Assembly: GCA_041659445.1 (NCBI GenBank)
Contig: JBAZYG010000001.1
Location: 150,001-182,000 of the forward strand
Reading direction: 5' to 3'
Source of the DNA: Candidatus Saccharimonadota bacterium
GTDB taxonomy: Archaea; Nanobdellota; Nanobdellia; Pacearchaeales; GW2011-AR1
DNA: 32,000 nucleotides
The notes beneath the pieces are model-generated. The model saw only the letters and a program-made list of their open reading frames with translations, did not search any database and was not told where the DNA came from. Positions 18,828 to 26,374 of the stretch are shown here, piece after piece. Numbering within the stretch: position 1 is the first letter of the stretch; every line of letters begins with the position of its first letter. A program made the position numbers and the translations under genes.

Positions 18828-18836
18828 TTATATATT
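18827..18836 (+). promoter_or_regulatory. TATA-like box for the TrmB-family gene (leaderless arrangement)
   Basis: TTTATATATT is centred about 25 nt upstream of the ATG at 18856. Confidence 0.4.
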
Positions 18837-18855
18837 AGTGATTTTTATTTAGATT

Positions 18856-19581
18856 ATGGATACAGAAATATTAGAGGAACTTGGATTAACTAAAACAGAA
18901 ATTAAAATTTATTTGACTTTACTTGAGTTAGGTTTTTCTTCAGCTGGAAAAATTCTTGTTAAATCTAAACTTCCAAATTCAACAGTTCATAGAGATTTAA
19001 ATTCTTTAATAGAAAAAGGATTAATTAGTTTTATTTTAAATGGAAAGAGAAAAATTTATTCTGCTACAAATCCAGAAAATTTTTTTGAATTTATAGAAGA
19101 CAAAAAAAGGAGATTTGAAGAAATTCTTCCTGGATTAAAGGAAAAACAAGAGAAATCTGTTGAAAAAGAATCTGCTTCAATTTATCAAGGAATTAAAGGA
19201 ATAAAAGAGGTTTATAATATTATGATTAATTCAAAAGGAAAAGAATACAATACTTTTGGAGGTGGAGAAATTCCAGTAAAGATTATGGGTTGGACCTGGT
19301 GGTTGAATTTACATAAAAGAAGAATCGCAAATAGATTGTTTTCAAGACAAATTTTTGATAAAACTGTTAAAGATATTGGAAGAGAAATTGAAAAAAATTC
19401 ATTAACAAAAATAAGATATGTTGATGAAAAATTTGCACAGTTTCAGGAAACTGTTATTGTTGAAAATTATGTTGCAATTGCAGTTTTTTCTGAAAATCCT
19501 TATGCTTTTTTAATTCATGATAAAAACGTTGCAGATAGTTATAGAAAGCATTTTGAATTATTGTGGGAGAGTGCAAGATAA
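18856..19581 (+). CDS. trmB: TrmB-family transcriptional regulator
   Basis: 241-aa ORF with an N-terminal winged-HTH typical of TrmB (LGLTKTEIKIYLTLLELGFSSAGKILVKSKLPNSTVHRDLNSLIEKGLI) and a C-terminal effector-like domain. Confidence 0.8.
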   Translation: MDTEILEELGLTKTEIKIYLTLLELGFSSAGKILVKSKLPNSTVHRDLNSLIEKGLISFILNGKRKIYSATNPENFFEFIEDKKRRFEEILPGLKEKQEKSVEKESASIYQGIKGIKEVYNIMINSKGKEYNTFGGGEIPVKIMGWTWWLNLHKRRIANRLFSRQIFDKTVKDIGREIEKNSLTKIRYVDEKFAQFQETVIVENYVAIAVFSENPYAFLIHDKNVADSYRKHFELLWESAR

Positions 19582-19623
19582 CTAAATAATATATTTTAAA
19601 AACTCTTTTTTCTTATTTTATTC

Positions 19624-20472
19624 ATGGGATTTATAAGAGGTGTAGGAGTTTTTCTTTTATGTTTTATTCTTTTTTTGTCTCTTTTTTTTATGAATGTTTT
19701 TTTAAATTTAAATTGGTCTTTGGAACATGATACTTTAGAACCAAATTTAATTAATTATGCAAATGATTTTATTAATTCATCTGGAATTTCACAAGATGTT
19801 TCAATGGCTTTAACAGTAATGGAGTTTTATTGCATGACTCATACAAATTATATTTTTAATTATCAAGATTTTAACATTGATATTCCGTGTAATGTTGTAG
19901 ATTATGGGGTAAAAAATGCCACGAATTATATTATTAGTTCTTTAGTTGATAAAATATATTATCAAGAATATAATTGTGAATTTTGGACTTGTGTCAAGAC
20001 ATCAGAGGTTCCAGTCGTCTTCATTTCTGAAAAAGCAAAAGATTATTGGTTTTATTTATTTAAAATTTCAATAATTATTTCTATAATTGCTTTTGTTTTA
20101 ATGCTTTTAATAACAAGAAAAAAAGCAAATGCCTTTATCAATACTGGTGTTTTGGTTTTGGCTTCTTCAATTTTGTTCAGAGAATCTAAATTATTATTAA
20201 AGATATTTCCAAATAATCCTATACTTGATTTTTTAGAAATTTTCTTTGCTAAAGCAAATACAATTTTTATTATTATGATTATTATTGGAGTTGTATTCTT
20301 AATTGTGGGAATACTTCTTAGATTTTTGAATATTGGAACAAAAATAAGTCAAAAACTTAACAAGGAAAAAGATGAAAAAGTTCTTTCTAAAGAAGATGTC
20401 AAGCAAGCTGTTAGAGAAGAACTTGAAGAAGAAAAAAAATCAAAGAAAAAGAAAATCAGCAAAAAGAAATGA
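19624..20472 (+). CDS. polytopic membrane protein with K/E-rich C-terminal tail
   Basis: 282-aa ORF with an N-terminal TM helix, a Cys-containing loop domain, about 4 further TM helices and a charged tail (EELEEEKKSKKKKISKKK). Confidence 0.55.
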   Translation: MGFIRGVGVFLLCFILFLSLFFMNVFLNLNWSLEHDTLEPNLINYANDFINSSGISQDVSMALTVMEFYCMTHTNYIFNYQDFNIDIPCNVVDYGVKNATNYIISSLVDKIYYQEYNCEFWTCVKTSEVPVVFISEKAKDYWFYLFKISIIISIIAFVLMLLITRKKANAFINTGVLVLASSILFRESKLLLKIFPNNPILDFLEIFFAKANTIFIIMIIIGVVFLIVGILLRFLNIGTKISQKLNKEKDEKVLSKEDVKQAVREELEEEKKSKKKKISKKK

Positions 20473-20501
20473 TTTTAAACTAGATTATCTATTCTTTTAA
20501 A

Positions 20502-21053
20502 ATGTGTAAAAATTGTGAATTAAAACCTGTTTATGAATTTACTAACAAAAGAAAATTATGTAAACAATGTTTTATAAATTGGTTTCAAAAAAAATTTCTT
20601 TATACAATAAGAAAATTTTCAATGATAAATAAAGAAGAGGTTATTGCGTATGAAAATTCAGGAAATTTTAGAGATGTTGTTTTAGAAGATTTATTAAAAA
20701 TATTTTCAGAAAAGTCAAGAATAAGTTTAATTAAACTTCCTTCAAAAAAGAAATTTACAAAAAAGGCAATTTCAGAAACAATAGATTCTAATTCAATTAA
20801 GATAATGCAGTTTATTACAGAAAATAAAATCTCTCAATTAAAGAATTTAAGTGCTTCTGATAAATCAATTATAAAACCATTGTATCTTTTTTTAGATTCA
20901 GAAGTTTTGCTTTATGCTAAATTAAAGAACTTGAAATTTGAAAAAATTGTCGAGAAGAAAACTAATTGGAGTTTTTTTATTGATGAATTAGAAATAAAGC
21001 ATCCTGAAATAAAAAGGGCAATTGTTAATAGTTATTTAGAATTATATAAGTAA
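20502..21053 (+). CDS. truncated TtuA/Ncs6-like protein: N-terminal CxxC-x14-CxxC zinc ribbon with a degenerate PP-loop
   Basis: 183-aa ORF. MCKNCELKPVYEFTNKRKLCKQCFINWFQKKFLYTIRKF resembles the TtuA/Ncs6 N-terminus. The position expected for SGGKDS reads ENSGNFRD. IIKPLYLFLDSEVLLYAKLKNL and DELEIKHPEIKRAIVNSYL resemble the conserved C-terminal TtuA segments. Confidence 0.5.
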   Translation: MCKNCELKPVYEFTNKRKLCKQCFINWFQKKFLYTIRKFSMINKEEVIAYENSGNFRDVVLEDLLKIFSEKSRISLIKLPSKKKFTKKAISETIDSNSIKIMQFITENKISQLKNLSASDKSIIKPLYLFLDSEVLLYAKLKNLKFEKIVEKKTNWSFFIDELEIKHPEIKRAIVNSYLELYK

Positions 21054-21547
21054 TTTTTATTTTTTTTATATTTCTTGTATGCAAAGAAAACAGCAATTCC
21101 AATAATGATTACTAATCCTATAACAATAACAGTTATATTCTTGAAATGCGTTGGGAAATTTTGAGATATTGAATTTTCTTTTTCAGAATTGGTATTATTT
21201 TCAGTTTTAATAGAACAACTTTGATTCTCAATAGGTTTTATATTTAAATCAGCATAACAATATGTTTTTTCCTTTGTGCAGTTTCTTATTTGTATTCCCT
21301 CTACACAAGAAGACCAAGGAGAACAACTCCAATTAGTTAAGCAACTGCTACTACCTCCTGTATTATCGCTACCTGTCTCTCCTATCACTTCGCCTGTTGG
21401 AGAGGTTGATGCAGAGTTATTCATAATAAAAGCTTCATCTTCTTGGTCAAAGAAAGTTGTATTAGCAGATACATTTTCTGTTACTGCTATTAATAAAAAT
21501 AAGATAATCAGAATAGAATTAAGTAAATTAAATTTAAATATTTGCAT
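21032..21547 (-). CDS. type I membrane protein with Cys-rich TSP1-like module
   Basis: I prefer the ATG at 21547, which gives a signal peptide (MQIFKFNLLNSILIILFLLIAVTENVSA), over the track start at 21637, which overlaps the upstream gene. The Cys module is CLTNWSCSPWSSCVEGIQIRNCTKEKTYC. The C-terminus has a TM helix (ITVIVIGLVIIIGIAVFFA) and a KKYKKNK tail. Confidence 0.6.
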   Translation of the reverse strand: MQIFKFNLLNSILIILFLLIAVTENVSANTTFFDQEDEAFIMNNSASTSPTGEVIGETGSDNTGGSSSCLTNWSCSPWSSCVEGIQIRNCTKEKTYCYADLNIKPIENQSCSIKTENNTNSEKENSISQNFPTHFKNITVIVIGLVIIIGIAVFFAYKKYKKNKNYLYNSK

Positions 21548-21557
21548 TTTATCATTA

Positions 21558-22982
21558 TTAGTTAACAGTATTTGTGTAATATGAACCAGTATAAGTGGTA
21601 ATATTTGCAACAGCAGTTTCTGATTCAAATTGAACAATTAAATTTTTTTGATTTGCATCCGCAAGAATCGTGCAAATAATTGTGTTAATAAATGGAACAT
21701 TCACATCAAGACTCATTGCGCTCTCTCCAGTATTAGCAGAATTTGTGCTCACCGCGATATTATCAATATTTTCTACAGTATCACCTGCTTGAGTCATAAA
21801 GTTACAGTTTCCAACAGGTCCTGCATCATTTATAATCACCCTATTTTGAACTGCTACTCCTGCTGTAGATGAACTTTGTGCCAGATAGACTTTAACAATA
21901 TTCATTTTACTCGGTGTTAATGCAATAGTGAATATAGTAGTATACTCTGCATTTGTAGCATTTAAATTATTTTCCAAATAAACAGGAGTAAGTTCACTTA
22001 CAGAAGAAATATCATTCCAATCATGGATAGTTGTTCCGTTCAAAGTATAATTAGATGCATTAACATTTCCAGAAGCATCAATATCTTGAACAAATAATTT
22101 AGTTATTCTGTTTATTGAACTTCCCAAGTAATTGAAAAATCCAGTATCATCTGCTGTTATATTTTCTTGTGAAAATATAGAACCCCTTGATTCAATATCA
22201 TCTTCTACTAACAAGTCAGCTCCAGTTGCGTCTGTATCACAATCAACATAATTATTTCCCTCGCATAAAGTAAAGTTCTCATTTACTAACTTGTTTGTTG
22301 CATTTCCAACTATTTGAAAACTTCTAGAAACAGTGGTTGCTCTTCCTGATAAATATGCACCGCTAATACACATTTGCATTGTTTCTGTATTTTCATCCCA
22401 AAAACATTCTTGCATCCCATAATCATTTGTTTCTGATATAATATCATGAATTAATGAATCTGCAAAAGAAGAAGGGAGTGTAGATGCAAGTTCTCTTGGA
22501 GCATTATATAAAGCAGATGTAATAGTTCCATCAGATTTAATGAAATTGATTTCATCTTGTAATTTTAAAGGACTTAAACCCTGTAATGTGCCGTGTAATA
22601 CTAAACTTCCTGTTGAAATTTCATCGGTATCTTTTCTTAAATAGTTCCAAACCACTAATCTTCTTCTTGGAGTTTGATCTGTTCCATCTATATTTATATT
22701 GAGATAATAATCTTTAGAAATATTATTGCAAGCAGAACCCACTCCTTCTTGCTCTATTTTCCACTCACCCCAATTGCCTGTTGTTAAATTAGTTATGTTT
22801 GAATAACAAGTATTTCCACCAGTTAAAGCATCATAAACACTAAAATTAAATTCATAAGTTCCTGTATTAAATGTTGTTCCAGTATAGTACTGCCCTTGCC
22901 AGACTAAAACATCTGATGCAGAAACAATGTTGATAATTAATATTAAAATGACACTTATTAAAACCAAAAATATTTTATTCAT
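21558..22982 (-). CDS. secreted lysine-poor, sequon-rich fibre/adhesin-like protein
   Basis: I prefer the ATG at 22982 (MNKIFLVLISVILILIINIVSA signal peptide), which is preceded by GGAGGGAG (22986-22993). The track start at 23054 would run through the wHTH gene. About 12 N-x-S/T sequons are present. The composition is G/T/S/N/A-rich, unlike the rest of the window. Confidence 0.65.
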   Translation of the reverse strand: MNKIFLVLISVILILIINIVSASDVLVWQGQYYTGTTFNTGTYEFNFSVYDALTGGNTCYSNITNLTTGNWGEWKIEQEGVGSACNNISKDYYLNINIDGTDQTPRRRLVVWNYLRKDTDEISTGSLVLHGTLQGLSPLKLQDEINFIKSDGTITSALYNAPRELASTLPSSFADSLIHDIISETNDYGMQECFWDENTETMQMCISGAYLSGRATTVSRSFQIVGNATNKLVNENFTLCEGNNYVDCDTDATGADLLVEDDIESRGSIFSQENITADDTGFFNYLGSSINRITKLFVQDIDASGNVNASNYTLNGTTIHDWNDISSVSELTPVYLENNLNATNAEYTTIFTIALTPSKMNIVKVYLAQSSSTAGVAVQNRVIINDAGPVGNCNFMTQAGDTVENIDNIAVSTNSANTGESAMSLDVNVPFINTIICTILADANQKNLIVQFESETAVANITTYTGSYYTNTVN

Positions 22983-23205
22983 TTTCTCCCTCCTTTTTAG
23001 TCCAAAAATAAATTTTAGCCATGCCAGTTTGTCTTGTTTTGACCTTTTTTGCACCTTCTAAAAATGAAAAATAATTAGTTACAGTTTGTCTAGAAACACC
23101 AAGTTTTGTCGACAATTCAGAAACAGTAAATCCTTTTGAATTTAATTTTAATTCTTTTATAATCTTTTCTCGATTGTGATTAATGTCTTCTCTTTTTTTC
23201 TTCAT
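22975..23205 (-). CDS. small winged-helix DNA-binding protein
   Basis: 76-aa ORF with an HTH segment (FTVSELSTKLGVSRQTVTNYFSFLEGAKKV) followed by a wing-like segment (KTRQTGMAKIYFW). Its stop overlaps the downstream start by 8 nt (ATGAATAA). Confidence 0.7.
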   Translation of the reverse strand: MKKKREDINHNREKIIKELKLNSKGFTVSELSTKLGVSRQTVTNYFSFLEGAKKVKTRQTGMAKIYFWTKKEGENE

Positions 23206-23313
23206 CTTATTGTAAATGAATATTGCTTATAATGTTGACAACAAAATCATGTTAAATATATTTAGCAATATTGTAAAGCAATTAAGAAGAAAAACTTAAT
23301 AAATAAATCCCGA

Positions 23314-23349
23314 AATGTTAACAATGTTTATAATGTGGATAATGTTAGT
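23314..23349. repeat. four tandem 9-bp units: AATGTTAAC AATGTTTAT AATGTGGAT AATGTTAGT
   Basis: Read directly from the sequence. AATGTK starts at 23314, 23323, 23332 and 23341 with exact 9-nt spacing. A further AATGTT is at 23231 and CATGTT at 23248, nearer the wHTH start. Confidence 0.6.
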
Positions 23350-23360
23350 GAAATCTAGAA

Positions 23361-23711
23361 TTATTCTTCTTTTTCTATATCTTCATTCTTAAGGAAAAAG
23401 TTATTAATTTCATTTAAATGATCAAGAACTTTTTTCAGTTGTGGATTTTTATTTACAAAATCTTTAGTTATAACAGTTTCATCCATTACTGCGAGGTAAA
23501 TTCTAGCTAAAAAATTTATTTGACTGTCATAAGAAACCCCTCTCCCTCTTTTACTTCTTATTAAATTTATTATGTCAAAAGAACCACTTTTCATAGCTTG
23601 ATCTACTTTTTTTCTTGCTACTTCATCAAGAAGTTTAATAGTTCCCTGTTTCAAAGATACGCTTATTTTTTCTTCTTGTTTATCTTCAGGTGTTTCATTT
23701 GGATAGTTCAT
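23361..23711 (-). CDS. hypothetical protein with possible N-terminal ribbon-helix-helix
   Basis: 116-aa ORF. The segment KISVSLKQGTIKLLDEVARKKV has the beta-strand plus helix look of CopG/RHH proteins. The rest is helical. Confidence 0.42.
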   Translation of the reverse strand: MNYPNETPEDKQEEKISVSLKQGTIKLLDEVARKKVDQAMKSGSFDIINLIRSKRGRGVSYDSQINFLARIYLAVMDETVITKDFVNKNPQLKKVLDHLNEINNFFLKNEDIEKEE

Positions 23712-23883
23712 TTTACAAAAGCCAATTTTTTCTATTGAGGTTCGTACTAATTACTTTAATCTAAATGAATATAATAAATATATAAATTTGTCGTTTTCAT
23801 TACTTAATTACTAAGAATTTCCTAATCTTGAATTGTTTTCTTCAATCACAAGTGTTCTATGGAATTTAGTATATAAGTAATTT

Positions 23884-25905
23884 TTATTGTTGCTGTTGTC
23901 TTTTATCTCTTTCCATTCTTTCCATGAATCCTTTTAGAAATGTTGAATTATCTCCAGACTTTCTAACTATTTCTTTTATTCTATTTGCAGAAGAATTTCC
24001 TAGTTGAACTCTTTCAGTTCTTATTGCTGAAGCTAATTTGTCCTTCATTGCATCACTTAAGTAAATTTCTTTATCAGCATAATTTGACATTTTTTTCAAG
24101 TTTGTCAAAGTATTTGTTATTGGCATGAACTTTATGGAATCTTTTTCAGGTTTTATTACTAAATCTCCTATGTCTATTGCAACTCCGTAATTCACTTTTT
24201 GTTTGAATAATTTATTATGGTTTTTTAATACATCATCAAATTCTCTTGCAATTTCTAGGGCTGTGTTTTCGTTTTGAAATGTTTTTGTTTTGAATGGAGC
24301 AAGTATAACAAATAAGTTATCTCTTGTTTGATAAATTAATCCTTTTCTACTTTCACCAATGCTTGTTAATTTTTGAAGAGTTTCTTTTAATCCTCCTGAA
24401 ATTAAATCAGTATAACCTTTTAAGTTAACAGAAACAATTGTAGCTTGTTGTTTTTGTCCTGTTATTGATAAAGATAATTCTGCTGTGGATGCAGTTGATG
24501 TCAAACTTCCTTTTTTAATTGGTTGGTCTGTTTGTATGTCTGGATGAAGTTCAGAAATATTTCTTACTTGAACTGTTGAAGGATATTTTCTTGCTCTTCC
24601 ATATGAAGGTTGTTTATGCACTCTTTTAATTAAGATTACTGAAACTGCTATTAAAACTAAAAGAACAAAACCCCAGATAAATGGATTTAATGAGAAGATA
24701 TTTTCAGAAAAATCTTTAACACTTACTGATTTTCCAGTCAAGCTTACTGTTTGAGAATGATCGCCTATTTGAACTACGTATTCTCCGTTTGGAGCTGTTA
24801 ATTTAAATTTTTTAGATTCTGAAACTCCTAAATTTACTTCAAGGTTTAATGGTTGTTCACCAATTTTTATCTCGACAATTTCGTTATAAGGAACATTACC
24901 AACATTTGTTAATATTAAAGTATTATTTAATATTTCAGATTTGATTTCTTTTTTTTCTTTTATGTCAAAAGTTTTTACATTTGTCAATTCATTATAATAT
25001 GCAGAAATTTTCCAAGATGCAGGGGGCTGTGTTTGATTTATTGCATATTCAAATTCCTCATTTGATTGAAGTTCTAATTTTTTAATTATAGTGTCTTCAT
25101 TATTTTTTATAGAAGCATAAACAGTTGTTGGAATATTCTCTCCTGTTTGATCATGCAAAGTTATTTTTCCTTTAAGATTTTCTCCAGGATTTATTGAGAA
25201 AGATTGAAGAGTAATTTCTAAACTTGTTGGAACTTGTTTTACTTTTATTGTTGTTGCTGTTGTCCCGTTATTTAATATTTGTCCTTCTGAATTTTTTTCA
25301 TAAACGTATAAATAAATTGAATGTTCTCCTGCTTTTAAATTTCCAGGAATTGTAATTTGAATTGAAAATTCTCCGTTATTCACAGCATTTGAATAAATTG
25401 GGTTTTGTGATAAATTTGTTAAAAGTTTTGCTTCAATTGTTCCTGAAGAAAATTCTCCATTTTGTTTTGTTGCAGTTCCTATGATAAAAATTGTTTCTCC
25501 TGGGGAAACCTCGTTTGTTATTTCATTAAGAGACAAAATTATTTTATTTGAAATTAAAAAGTTTGAACTCAAATCTCCTGCTTGTTCTCCTAGTTTATAA
25601 TAAATTAAACAATTTCCCAATGATTTTCCGATGAATTCATTAACTAAAGGAATAGAAATGTCTCGAAATTTTTCACCATCTTGCATAAAAATAGATTCTT
25701 TGTATATTTCTGTTTCGATTGTTCCGCATTTTAATATAACACTTAATGAATCACTTATAGGTGTTTCTGCTGTTATTTTTATTGGAACATTTAATGTGTC
25801 ACCTAAATTATATATGCTTTGAGGAGTTTGTTCTAAAGTTATTGTTGCTGAAGCTAAAGAAATTGCGAATATTAGAAAAATTATAAATAATGCCTCTTTT
25901 CTCAT
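23884..25905 (-). CDS. receptor-like single-pass membrane protein: signal peptide, Ig-like beta-sandwich ectodomain repeats, TM helix, cytoplasmic cyclase/palm-like domain
   Basis: 673-aa ORF. The signal peptide is MRKEALFIIFLIFAISLASA. The ectodomain is about 390 aa, beta-rich and repetitive. The TM helix is FIWGFVLLVLIAVSVILI, followed by KRVHKQ. The cytoplasmic segment ATIVSVNLKGYTDL...RDNLFVILAP...YGVAIDIGDLVI...ITNTLTNLKKMSNYADKEIYLSDAMKDKL follows the class III cyclase topology. Confidence 0.68.
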   Translation of the reverse strand: MRKEALFIIFLIFAISLASATITLEQTPQSIYNLGDTLNVPIKITAETPISDSLSVILKCGTIETEIYKESIFMQDGEKFRDISIPLVNEFIGKSLGNCLIYYKLGEQAGDLSSNFLISNKIILSLNEITNEVSPGETIFIIGTATKQNGEFSSGTIEAKLLTNLSQNPIYSNAVNNGEFSIQITIPGNLKAGEHSIYLYVYEKNSEGQILNNGTTATTIKVKQVPTSLEITLQSFSINPGENLKGKITLHDQTGENIPTTVYASIKNNEDTIIKKLELQSNEEFEYAINQTQPPASWKISAYYNELTNVKTFDIKEKKEIKSEILNNTLILTNVGNVPYNEIVEIKIGEQPLNLEVNLGVSESKKFKLTAPNGEYVVQIGDHSQTVSLTGKSVSVKDFSENIFSLNPFIWGFVLLVLIAVSVILIKRVHKQPSYGRARKYPSTVQVRNISELHPDIQTDQPIKKGSLTSTASTAELSLSITGQKQQATIVSVNLKGYTDLISGGLKETLQKLTSIGESRKGLIYQTRDNLFVILAPFKTKTFQNENTALEIAREFDDVLKNHNKLFKQKVNYGVAIDIGDLVIKPEKDSIKFMPITNTLTNLKKMSNYADKEIYLSDAMKDKLASAIRTERVQLGNSSANRIKEIVRKSGDNSTFLKGFMERMERDKRQQQQ

Positions 25906-25968
25906 TTTTATCTATAAAAATTAGTATTTTTCTATTTATAAAGATTTATGAGGAAGAAGAGTTTAATT

Positions 25969-26358
25969 TTAATTAAGTTGTTGCTCTATATTTTTACATA
26001 TTTTTTTATTATTAAATGAAACTAATGCAAATATTTTTGGAGTTGTTTTATAAAATAAAATGCATCTTTTTTCGTCTCCTATTACAGCATACATATTGCC
26101 AAATTCAGAGTTATTTATTGCATTTAAGGTAATATTCGTTTCTTTTTTTCCAATCAATTTAAGGATGTTTTCTTCTATTGATGTTATTCCTGTTTTTGAA
26201 TAAAAGATTTTTAAGTTATCAGATTTTTCAAATATTTTAATTAAAGGAATTTTAAAGGATTTTTCATCGGCAAGAAATTTAAATCCATCATCCTTTTCTA
26301 TTAAGTGTTCTAATGCTTTTTGATATTCCTTATCTGTCATTTCCATATTTTTATTCAT
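25969..26358 (-). CDS. hypothetical protein, tandem paralog A
   Basis: The start is ambiguous (26394, 26358 or 26346). I chose 26358 to avoid overlapping paralog B. The C-terminus (CILFYKTTPKIFALVSFNNKKICKNIEQQLN) parallels paralog B. Confidence 0.55.
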   Translation of the reverse strand: MNKNMEMTDKEYQKALEHLIEKDDGFKFLADEKSFKIPLIKIFEKSDNLKIFYSKTGITSIEENILKLIGKKETNITLNAINNSEFGNMYAVIGDEKRCILFYKTTPKIFALVSFNNKKICKNIEQQLN

Positions 26359-26374
26359 TTTATTTGGAGATTTT

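Noticed and set aside
21548-23054. Long N-terminal extensions in the ORF track (21032..21637, 21558..23054; likewise 5437..6285)
   Set aside because: Internal ATGs at 21547, 22982 and 6246 yield proper signal peptides or remove overlaps with upstream genes. The 22982 ATG also has a strong upstream GGAGG. The extensions are therefore probably not translated.
21032-23711. Idea that the fibre-like gene cluster is a diversity-generating retroelement target or an intact provirus
   Set aside because: No reverse transcriptase, template/variable repeat pair, integrase, capsid or terminase-like ORF, or flanking direct repeats could be found in the window. Only a degraded element or a cellular adhesin module remains plausible.
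23712-23883. Near-repeats TAATTACTT (23749-23757) and TAATTACTA (23806-23814) flanking a TATA-rich stretch upstream of the RHH-like gene
   Set aside because: The motifs are short, imperfect and made almost entirely of A/T. They cannot be distinguished from chance in this composition without genome-wide statistics.
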